The notes below the pieces were generated by a model that was not told the DNA's origin, made no database searches, and saw only the letters and a program-made list of their open reading frames with translations. Position numbers and translations under genes: made by a program. 64,000 bases of DNA from Deltaproteobacteria bacterium (GTDB lineage Bacteria; Desulfobacterota; Binatia; UBA12015): NCBI GenBank assembly GCA_029262355.1, contig JAJCZO010000416.1:74973-138972 (forward strand). The letters are read 5' to 3'. Shown here piece after piece: positions 18,393-26,373 of this stretch (the stretch's first letter is position 1; every line of letters starts with the position of its first letter).

Positions 18393-19226
18393 TCACCGGC
18401 GAGTCCTCGCAGTGCCTGAGTCGCCTGCCGCGAGGCCTATCTCGCCAAGCCACCATGGCGACGTCGCGCCCGTCTTCTCGTCGTAGTCGGCCATGTCGCA
18501 CGCGATCCAAGAGCCGCTCTTGGACGTTACCTCGCAGTCGCGGAAGACGATCTGCTTCCCAGCGGACAGACGGGTCAACGCAGCCCGCATCTCCGCGGGA
18601 TAGTATAGCCAGTACTTTCCGTACTCGTCGGGTGCTTCGAGTCCATCCTTCGGATCGAGCATTGTAGGAATCAGCACGACAGCGATGCACTCGTTCCCGC
18701 CATACTTGGATTGCACGTTGCTTTCGCGCAGGCAGGGCGTCACCTCATCGACACGACCGGCCCCGTAGAGCGACAGCTCACGTGCATCTCCGGGCTGCCC
18801 CTTGCCGGACACGTCATCCATCAACTCGCGCACCTGCTCGCCTACCGAGGTCTCCTCCTCCGGCAGCACCGTGCCGAAGATCGCCTTCTTGAAGGGCGCC
18901 AGCGAGTCGCGCCGCCAGCGCGCCTTTCGTTCCTTGACGGAGTCGAGTTGCGGAGAGCCATCGCGTTGAAGATCGGTGAGCGCCGCCTCCGCCTCCCTGA
19001 TGGCCCGCTCCTCATCCAAGATCCGCGAATCCCATTCGTCGATCGCCTTCCACGTGATCCCTGCGGGCGGCGCACGATCGACGGTCGGCGTTGGCGTCGG
19101 CAGAGCGCGAACCGGCTCACCTCGGGAGCATCCACACACGAGGGCTGTCGTGAGAACGCACGTGACACTGAGCCTTGCGGTGAAATGTGCCATTCTAGTG
19201 TAGCGTTTCCTAAATAGCTGTAACAT
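18393..19226 (-). CDS. hypothetical lipoprotein (island cargo)
   Basis: Signal peptide with lipobox-like LVCGCS. 4-nt spacing to the downstream DUF3987-like gene suggests co-transcription. Start could instead be the internal Met (about 19193). Confidence 0.5.
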   Translation of the reverse strand: MLQLFRKRYTRMAHFTARLSVTCVLTTALVCGCSRGEPVRALPTPTPTVDRAPPAGITWKAIDEWDSRILDEERAIREAEAALTDLQRDGSPQLDSVKERKARWRRDSLAPFKKAIFGTVLPEEETSVGEQVRELMDDVSGKGQPGDARELSLYGAGRVDEVTPCLRESNVQSKYGGNECIAVVLIPTMLDPKDGLEAPDEYGKYWLYYPAEMRAALTRLSAGKQIVFRDCEVTSKSGSWIACDMADYDEKTGATSPWWLGEIGLAAGDSGTARTRR

Positions 19227-19254
19227 ATCCAGTGCCCGCGACGTCTATCTCAGC

Positions 19255-19887
19255 ATGGGGTACAAGGCGGATGTGCGGCTGGTGAAGAAGGATCGAAAGG
19301 TCTTGGAGTCCTGGCTTCGAGCGCCGACGATTTCCCAGGAGATGGCGCTGCGAGCAAAGATCCTCATCGCCAGCGCCGATGGCGAAGCCATTCGGCCCCT
19401 GGCGACGCGACTGGGCATCTCACCCACCACGGTGTGCCTGTGGCGGCGTCGCTACGAGAGCGAAGGGCTGGCGGGCCTTGGTACGCGACACCGTAGCGGG
19501 CGCAAGAAAAGCAAGGTGACACCGGCCAAGGAGCGAGCGGTCGTCGCCGCCACGATGAAGGAGCCCAAAGACACGACCCACTGGAGCACGCGTCGTCTGG
19601 GCAAGAAGGTTGGGCTCAGCAACGCCACCGTGTACCGGATCTGGCGCAAGTACGGGCTCCAGCCGCACCGGGTCCAGACCTTCAAGTTCAGCACCGATCC
19701 CGACTTCGACGCCAAGCTGGCCGATGTCATCGGGATCTACCTCGACCCTCCAGAGCGCGCCCTGGTCCTGTGTGTGGACGAGAAATCTCAGATCCAAGCG
19801 CTTGATCGCACCCAGCCCCTGCTGCCGATGCGGCCAGGGCTTCCGGCTCGGATGACGCACGACCACGAGCGCGTACGATCGACGTGA
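19255..19887 (+). mobile_element. truncated IS630-family transposase gene (N-terminal HTH region and start of the DDE domain only)
   Basis: N-terminal HTH/winged-helix region (ISPTTVCLWRRRYESEGLAGL ... LSNATVYRIWRKYGL) and first catalytic Asp region (LVLCVDEKSQIQAL), then premature termination at 210 aa; the family is normally about 340-370 aa. Confidence 0.7.
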
Positions 19888-19958
19888 CGAGCGGGCGGCT
19901 CAGCGAGCGGCCGCCCTGATTCACGTTCCGTACGTTCGCAGGGTCGTGGGCGACTGAC

Positions 19959-21230
19959 TCACCCGAGGACCTCGGCCGCGCCCTCGTTGAGGAGCCATGG
20001 AGCGCCGGTCATCTCGAACGCACCCATTGGCCATAGCGCTGCGCGCTGCCAGCCCTGCTCTTCGGTGAAGCGGTTCCAGAAGGTGCGTATCGAGTCCAGG
20101 GCGGCTCCTCGGATCCACTCGGGTGGAACACGCCAGGCCACGACGGCAAGGCACTCAGGGCGCTTCTTGAGCTGCTTCTCCAATCCGAGCCGGGTGAGGA
20201 CCTTGGCGAATGCAGTCTCGGCGTCGCTGTCAAAGGTCTGCTGATGGAACGCAAAAAGGGAGCCTGGTTCCCATGCGCCCTTCTCAAAGATGTCGCAAGG
20301 TCGCGCGTGAAGCTCGATCTCACCCGGTCGGTCTCTCGATAGGATGAAGTCGACTCCCTCGGGCCTCTGCGCGCCATCGTTCCAGCCGGTGGAGGCGGCC
20401 AGCCGGTAGCCCTCGGCATCCAGTAGAGGAATGGGATCGGCCATGAGCGCGATGCCGGTCTTCAGCAGCTCCTCGACCTCGCTCAAGTTTCCTTGAAGGG
20501 CACCGACGAGCATCAGCACATCCTTGTCTCGCGCATCGGTGGGTAGCTCCCACGTCCACAAGTACCGGGTAAGAAACGAGGCATGCGGGGCCATCCCCAG
20601 CCCGCCCAGCATGGCGGAGGCCAGAGTTGGGACGTAGCTCGGGTCTTTCTTGAACTTGACCTCAACCGGAAGCACTTCCTGGCGTTCAACCAGCCAGTCC
20701 GGCTCGCCTGGCTTTCGATCTACTGTGCGTGGAAGCCACCCCTCACCGGTCAGCTTGTCCAGAGCCCACCATTCGGCCTGCGCGGAATCCAAGTCGGCCG
20801 TGAGAGCAAGCGGGCTCTTGCCTGCGACGGAGCGCTCCTCCAGCGGGACGGCAACCGGCCAGTCGTCGCCTGCGGCTGCGATGAGACGCTCGAACATCGC
20901 GCGGTGTTCGGGAAACAGCTCCTTCGGCCGCTTGAAGGGAAAGACAACCTCCACGAGTTCTCGAACGTGTTCTACAAGTAGGGCTTCTGCCCCGAAGACA
21001 CCGACGATCTGCTGAAGGTGCTCGACAAATGGGCGAAGCGCTGGTGCGGCCGACACGTCCAGCACCCTGTCCTGCCAATCCGGCGGAAGCGTTCGGACGG
21101 GTATCACAGAGAGATAATACGTACTGTCACGGTAGCGATCCAGTATCGGCGCACCGTCTTCCGCTCCGCAGCGCTCGGTGCTCAGGTCGCCGCCGTCGCG
21201 GATCGCCTTCTTGATCCGAAAGACCCGCAC
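19959..21230 (-). CDS. hypothetical protein, 423 aa (island cargo, no recognisable domain)
   Basis: Long ORF with consistent coding bias, no signal peptide, no motifs I can assign. Co-directional with the upstream secreted 172-aa ORF. Confidence 0.5.
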   Translation of the reverse strand: MRVFRIKKAIRDGGDLSTERCGAEDGAPILDRYRDSTYYLSVIPVRTLPPDWQDRVLDVSAAPALRPFVEHLQQIVGVFGAEALLVEHVRELVEVVFPFKRPKELFPEHRAMFERLIAAAGDDWPVAVPLEERSVAGKSPLALTADLDSAQAEWWALDKLTGEGWLPRTVDRKPGEPDWLVERQEVLPVEVKFKKDPSYVPTLASAMLGGLGMAPHASFLTRYLWTWELPTDARDKDVLMLVGALQGNLSEVEELLKTGIALMADPIPLLDAEGYRLAASTGWNDGAQRPEGVDFILSRDRPGEIELHARPCDIFEKGAWEPGSLFAFHQQTFDSDAETAFAKVLTRLGLEKQLKKRPECLAVVAWRVPPEWIRGAALDSIRTFWNRFTEEQGWQRAALWPMGAFEMTGAPWLLNEGAAEVLG

Positions 21231-21424
21231 AAGGCCATGATGGAGATCGTGCGAGAGGGGGATGAGATTCGCGTCGCGCTTGGTGGGTATTACCGGGCTG
21301 GCGCGAGTTCACCGGACGCGTTGGTCGTCGGGTAGAGGTCGAGCCGGCGAGCCGGAGGTTGAAGAGGCTACCCAGTAGACCGCGTCGACGGGTGGAGGAG
21401 GTGCTGGGTGTCACCGTCTGCCAT

Positions 21425-21943
21425 TCAGTTTAGGGGGCATCGTTCGGTCGGAATGCTCGGGGGCGTCGCGTCCGTGCGGACGAGGCGGATGGTGCAGACG
21501 GTCTGGACGAAGTCGAAGCCACGCACCTCTGCCACCATCTTCCCGCTGATACCCTTCCGGTTCTGGGGGAACACTCGTCCGCGTCTCAGGACCATGGTCG
21601 AAGCTCCGGTCTTGGCGGAGCACGGCTGGAGCGTGCCCCCCGCCAGGTGGCTTCCCTTCGGTGCCTTCGTAGAGATGCCGCCGGCGAATGTGCCGCCGCC
21701 GAAGAAGCCCGATACATTCTCCGCGAACTCGCCGATCTGGGCGTCGGCAGCGAGTAGCAGTGGTTCCCGCGCAAGCTCGACCGGTACCCGGCGGCCGTCG
21801 GGCCAAAGGAACGTGCAGTTGAAGGGACCAGGGTCGCGTTGCTCCCACGTGCCCTCGAAGCTTCCTCCAAGGGCTGGTCTGGCGAGTAGTATCGATGGCA
21901 GTGCCAGAATGCAGAAAGCGAGAAATCTGTTTCGATTCGTCAT
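21425..21943 (-). CDS. hypothetical secreted protein, 172 aa (island cargo)
   Basis: Clear N-terminal signal peptide (MTNRNRFLAFCILALPSILLARPALG). Gly-rich mature region. No recognisable domain. Confidence 0.5.
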   Translation of the reverse strand: MTNRNRFLAFCILALPSILLARPALGGSFEGTWEQRDPGPFNCTFLWPDGRRVPVELAREPLLLAADAQIGEFAENVSGFFGGGTFAGGISTKAPKGSHLAGGTLQPCSAKTGASTMVLRRGRVFPQNRKGISGKMVAEVRGFDFVQTVCTIRLVRTDATPPSIPTERCPLN

Positions 21944-22021
21944 GGCGTTTTCCTCATTCTATTGGGGGAAGGTCGGTAGTAACCCCAGCCGTATCGCACT
22001 GCGACGCGCTGGGGCCTGTCG

Positions 22022-22270
22022 ATGAAGCCTGACACATGTTGCCGACTCGCGCTATCGGAGTTCTTCGAGCCAGGCGGTGGGACGCGCGCTCGCCGCTTCG
22101 GCGTTGCCCACTTCGGCCTCCGGGTCGAGGACGTCGATGCGTCGGTCACGGAACTTCGGGCGGGCGGCGTCCGCATCCTCGGGCCGACCGTTCGGGAGCC
22201 GTCGGGGCTCACCTGCGCCTACCTGGCTGCTCCCGACGGGGTCGTGATCGAGCTGACGCAGTACGAGTAG
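22022..22270 (+). pseudogene. VOC (glyoxalase/bleomycin-resistance) family gene fragment, C-terminal half only
   Basis: 82-aa ORF matching only the C-terminal beta-alpha-beta-beta-beta module of VOC proteins (VAHFGLRVEDVDASVTELRAGGVRILGP ... VVIELTQYE). No N-terminal module upstream. Confidence 0.45.
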
Positions 22271-22374
22271 GGGAGGGGCGACCCTACGCTCATCGGCATG
22301 CGTCGGGGAGCACGCGGCCGTCGGGGAGATGGAGGAGGTCGACGCCGTTGTGGTCGATGGGTGAGGGGAGGTGA

Positions 22375-22907
22375 TCATCCACCCGCGATGCGGTCGAACA
22401 TCTTCCCAAGACGACGACTCCGGCGTAGCTGGTCGAGGATCACCGGCTCTTGCCAGCCTGTCGGCTCGAAGAGGTACTCCTCGTCCAGCTTCACTCTGCG
22501 GAGTCGGGCCTCTTCGAGCTGGGCGCGCCGCTCTCGGTTCCTCCGCGCACGGTCGATGTCGTGAGCTGGGGGCTCAAGGTTCGGGAAGGGCGGGAGCACG
22601 AGACCCATCCGTGCGCCGGTCTCGCCGGTGTCGAGAGCCATGCCGTCCGAGTCGACGTCGACCAGGCGTCCTTGGATATAGTGATGTCCGCCGTCAACCA
22701 GACCATGGCCGTGAGCCAGCGGAACACCCTGCGCCCGTCCTGGTCGGTGATCCAGCCCTCGGGGATGGGCTCGGCGTTCTCGCGGTAGCACGACCCCCAT
22801 GAGCTTCGTTGGAGACGTGCCATCCGCTCGCGTCCGACGTGAACCGGCTGCCCGTCCGGGGCGACGGCGTACTCTCGGGCGGTGAGGACTCGGGAGTCAT
22901 CGGACAT
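22375..22907 (-). pseudogene. frameshifted gene of unknown function (two overlapping ORFs that switch frame near 22700)
   Basis: ORF 22491..22907 has a plausible ATG start and high GC3 for its first part, which then decays. ORF 22375..22800 gains high GC3 from about 22700 onward. The pattern fits a single about 175-aa gene disrupted by a frameshift. Confidence 0.3.
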
Positions 22908-23654
22908 GGGGTATCGATACCCTTCTGGTCGGTGCTCGGTCCACGTCGCGAGCGGGCTCGGCGGTCATTGAGGGCGTGGATGGGGAGGGCGCGGTGACGG
23001 ACGAAGATCCAGGGTACGTTGTACGTTGAAGCCTCCGGGCCTGGAGCATCGAGAGGGCGATCGCCCTGTTGTGTCCCGACGATGTAGGCCGATGAAGTCG
23101 TGCCCGTGGCGGGCACCAGGCGGGCACGACCTGGCACTCTGGAGCACTTTCCGGGGGGTCGTACCGGCGAAAAGTGCTGAGGAGTGCTGAGACCTACTCG
23201 CCAGGGGATTTTCGATTCCCCCCGCCTTGAGACTACCGAAGGTAGCTGTGGAAGGGAGGCATGGACAGTCGTGCGATCGTCGCGATCGCTCGACGACGGT
23301 GGGCGCTCGACGCGCCGATCAACTCGCATGACTCTTGAGCGGACTCGGCTCCGCGGGGCAGAAACGCGGCAGGGGGCTCGGAACGCTTGCTGCGGAAGGC
23401 CGCGAGGGTGAGCGTCGGATAAGCAATCCTGTGGTCCGCCTGGAAAAACACGATTCATAGTTTAGCATGGGCCGTACCAAGCGGGTCACGAACAGCATAC
23501 CCTCGACGTCGATGGTCTCCGGATCGATCGGCTCGCCCACGAGGCGGTCTCTACACGGGTCGCCGATCGGAGGAGAAGGGGAGCCAGAGTACCATGCGCC
23601 ACCTGACAGCCGCCAGCACGTCGCCGTCGAGATCGCAGTAGCGACGGAGGAGAG

Positions 23655-24179
23655 ATGAAGTCGTTCCCTGCGCGATATCGGAAGACGATTGGCTCTCTGC
23701 TCATGGTGGCCGCATTTGTCGTGCAGTGGGTCTTGACGGAGTACGTCGAGCCCGCTGCCGAAGCGACGTTCAGCAATCCCGACACGTGCGGCGACACATC
23801 GTTGCAGACACAGAATCTGGAACTCCTCTTCCACGTCACTGGAGAACCCACGCATCTGCACGACGCCATTCGGACGCGGGCCCTCTTCTACTACGAGTTT
23901 CTCACATCGCCGGCTTTCGACGAGGCTACGGTAGACCATCGACTGGGGCCCGTCGCTGAGGCGATGACAGCCACGCCCGACACGTTCGAGGAGTACGCGA
24001 GGCTCAAGGTTTCCCTTGGGAAGCATGCCGGTCGACTCTGGGGGGACGAGTGGCGTCCTGGCGCGCAAGCCATCAAACGGCGTGGATTGTACCTCCGCGT
24101 TGCGATCTTCTTGGTGTCTCTACTGGGGCTCTTGCTCATCTGGAGTGGTGAGAACTTCGAAGGCCAGGGGAAGCAATGA
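23655..24179 (+). CDS. hypothetical membrane protein with N- and C-terminal TM helices (island cargo, lower-GC patch)
   Basis: ATG preceded by GGAGGAG. TM segments IGSLLMVAAFVVQWVL and LYLRVAIFLVSLLGLLLIW. Local GC is lower than the backbone. The overlapping minus-strand ORF 23319..24068 is rejected. Confidence 0.45.
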   Translation: MKSFPARYRKTIGSLLMVAAFVVQWVLTEYVEPAAEATFSNPDTCGDTSLQTQNLELLFHVTGEPTHLHDAIRTRALFYYEFLTSPAFDEATVDHRLGPVAEAMTATPDTFEEYARLKVSLGKHAGRLWGDEWRPGAQAIKRRGLYLRVAIFLVSLLGLLLIWSGENFEGQGKQ

Positions 24180-24555
24180 AGAACACCTCTGGATCCGTGG
24201 TCGATCGTCAAGTTGTCCCGGCCGATGATCGACGCGGTCCCGGCCGGCTGCGCCTCGCCACCGTTCAAAGCCCCGGAACTCCCGCAGCAGCTTCTCGTCC
24301 TCCAGGAGCCCGACGGTTCCGGCGCTCACCCGTGGCAGCAGATCGAGGCGTAGGGTCGAACGGTCGAGCGCTTTCGGGTGCGTGCACCGCCCCGTGCAAC
24401 GGCCTGCCCACCGGGAACGGGCGGCCTTGACTGCCCCGTTCTTGCCCCGCTTCGCGAGCAGAGCGTTGCAGTCCGTTGCAACGATAGGAGCACCGAGGGC
24501 TACGATCTTCGACCGTTTCGTTGTAGGACGCTGCAGATCGCTGCACCGGACGCGC

Positions 24556-24598
24556 ATTCCTAATCCTGAGGCCGCTGGTTCGAGTCCAGCCGGGGGCA
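24556..24598 (+). repeat. attR: partial tRNA-Arg 3' end (distal copy of the 43-nt direct repeat)
   Basis: ATTCCTAATCCTGAGGCCGCTGGTTCGAGTCCAGCCGGGGGCA reproduces the anticodon-loop-to-3' end of tRNA-Arg(CCT) with compensatory T-stem changes. No 5' half of the tRNA (GCCCCCG acceptor strand) is present upstream. Confidence 0.75.
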
Positions 24599-24952
24599 CC
24601 TTACACGGCATCCGGGCTGTCGAGCACGAGCCCCGTGGCGAACCTTCGTAGCCTCGAATTCTCGCGAATGAGACACGGGCCGCAGCCGCCTCCCAGGAGC
24701 GCGAATCACGGCCGCTGCGCAGCCTCTCGGCGCGCCCTGGTCGGGACGCCGGTTCGTGTTCGGGTTGCGCATGCGGCGTCGGCCGCGAGGCCGGACGGCG
24801 CCCATACTGCCCAAGAAGTTCGTGGAGCACCGGAGTCCCCGCGGGCTCGAGGCTGATTCTCGCGGTCGGCAATCGGGTCTTCTTGGTACGAGAGTTGCGG
24901 TTTGGATTCGCCCAGCGCCGCGCGAGATGTGGCCCGCAGGGAGGATCATCGA

Positions 24953-26356
24953 ATGAAGCAGGGTACTTGGCACTCGAGCCTCGGCGTCGTCATTGTGGCG
25001 GGTTTCACGCTGGCCATCGGCGCGCAGATCGCGTCGGCGGATCTGACCGAGGTCCAGGAGGCTCCCGACGGGACCATCCTGGGAGAGCAGAACTGGAAAA
25101 TCGCCGAGGGGCTGCTGCCCGCCGAGATCTTGAAGCTCTATCAGGACGGCGACTACGCGCACCCGATTCGCAAGCTCCAGGGCAAGAAGGGGAAAATCGT
25201 CGACCCGCGCCTGGTCGAAGCCGCCCGCAAGAACGCGGACCGCTTCGCGGTGAACGAGGCCGGTACGGTCGTCGACAAGAAGTCAGGTGTGCGACCGCCC
25301 GTCATCACCGGCTGGCCTTTCCCCGACATCGACGCCGACGATCCGAAGGCGGGGACGAAGGTTCTCTGGAACTACATCTACACGCTGCAGTGGGCGGGCT
25401 CGTTTCACACGGTCTCACCCCTCAACTGGGTGGATCGGCAACAGGGAATCCTGCGACGGATCGCGGTCGACACGCACTTCAAATACTACGACGGGCAGCC
25501 TCCGGAGATTCAAGAAACCATCGGCGACAACCCGCTCGGAATCTTGAATCGCACCATGGCCGTCGTGAAGGAGCCCTCGGACCTCCAAGGACTCATCAGT
25601 CTCAACTGGCGCTACCGCGATGGGGACAAGAGCGATCAGGCTTGGACGTACGTCCCGGCGCTGCGGCGCGTGCGATCGGTGAATCCCGCCAATCGGGCCG
25701 ACGGTTTCCTCGGCTCGGACCTCTCACAAGACGACGGCCCGTATTTCGACGGCAAGCCCGAAGACTTCGAGGTCAAGCTCGTCGGCGACGGTTGGATCCT
25801 TGCCCCTTTCGACAATCCCGGTCTCGACAAGGTGAGCCCGCCGACCCGCCTGACGGAGGACACGGAAATCTCGGATTTGATCGATGGAAGCACGACGGGC
25901 TGGCGTGTGAGCTATCCGAACGACATCCAGCTCATCGCGTCGCAGGGCGAAGGCTGGGATCCCAAGAGCGATCAGGTCTCCTGGTCGCCGACGCAGCTCG
26001 GCTTGGTGCCGCGCCCGGTTTGGATCATCGAGGCCGTTCCCAAGAACCCGTACTACATCTACGGCAAGCAGATCATGCACATGGACAAGGAGAACTTTCG
26101 CGGATACTGGAAGAGCAAGTACGACTGGAAGGGCAACGTGCTCTCCAACTACGCGCCTCCGGAATCACTGATCCACGAGATCCCGGGAGCCCCGGGGCAC
26201 ATGCGCATGGGCTACAGCGGCGGCGTCGCGATCGTGAACAACTTCAAGCAGGACCGCGCCACCGTCTCGGGCTTGCCCGTGGCCGACACCGAATGGTGGG
26301 TGGAGATGGACGACGGGCTGTTCGAGACCTCGCGGATGGTTCGTCAGGGGAAATAG
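24953..26356 (+). CDS. DUF1329 family protein (LolA-like fold, periplasmic/outer-membrane associated), secreted
   Basis: ATG with GGGAGGA 8 nt upstream. Signal peptide (MKQGTWHSSLGVVIVAGFTLAIGAQIASA). About 450-aa mature protein rich in W/Y/D/G, matching the size and character of DUF1329. Assignment from memory. Confidence 0.55.
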   Translation: MKQGTWHSSLGVVIVAGFTLAIGAQIASADLTEVQEAPDGTILGEQNWKIAEGLLPAEILKLYQDGDYAHPIRKLQGKKGKIVDPRLVEAARKNADRFAVNEAGTVVDKKSGVRPPVITGWPFPDIDADDPKAGTKVLWNYIYTLQWAGSFHTVSPLNWVDRQQGILRRIAVDTHFKYYDGQPPEIQETIGDNPLGILNRTMAVVKEPSDLQGLISLNWRYRDGDKSDQAWTYVPALRRVRSVNPANRADGFLGSDLSQDDGPYFDGKPEDFEVKLVGDGWILAPFDNPGLDKVSPPTRLTEDTEISDLIDGSTTGWRVSYPNDIQLIASQGEGWDPKSDQVSWSPTQLGLVPRPVWIIEAVPKNPYYIYGKQIMHMDKENFRGYWKSKYDWKGNVLSNYAPPESLIHEIPGAPGHMRMGYSGGVAIVNNFKQDRATVSGLPVADTEWWVEMDDGLFETSRMVRQGK

Positions 26357-26373
26357 CTCGGACTGGTCCGACG

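Larger units (their letters stand above)
14596..24598. mobile_element. tRNA-Arg-integrated genomic island (about 10 kb; P4-like integrase module with decayed cargo)
   Basis: Complete tRNA plus an adjacent tyrosine integrase at the left end, and a partial tRNA 3' repeat at the right end. Inside: RHH and AlpA-like regulators, DUF3987/YfjI-like protein, IS630 transposase fragment, truncated and frameshifted genes, patches of lower GC (e.g. 19190-19260, 23650-24180). Confidence 0.8.

Noticed and set aside
22694-24068. Minus-strand ORFs 22694..23458 (254 aa) and 23319..24068 (249 aa) near the right end of the island
   Set aside because: Pro/Arg/Ser-rich low-complexity translations. The second overlaps the plus-strand ORF 23655..24179, which has a good RBS and two clear TM helices. 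No motifs found.
24883-26373. N-terminal 500 aa of the 835-aa plus-strand ORF overlapping the DUF1329 gene
   Set aside because: Only the portion from the ATG at 26374 onward has protein-like (PolX N-terminal) content. The upstream part is an Arg/Gly-rich shadow of the DUF1329 frame.
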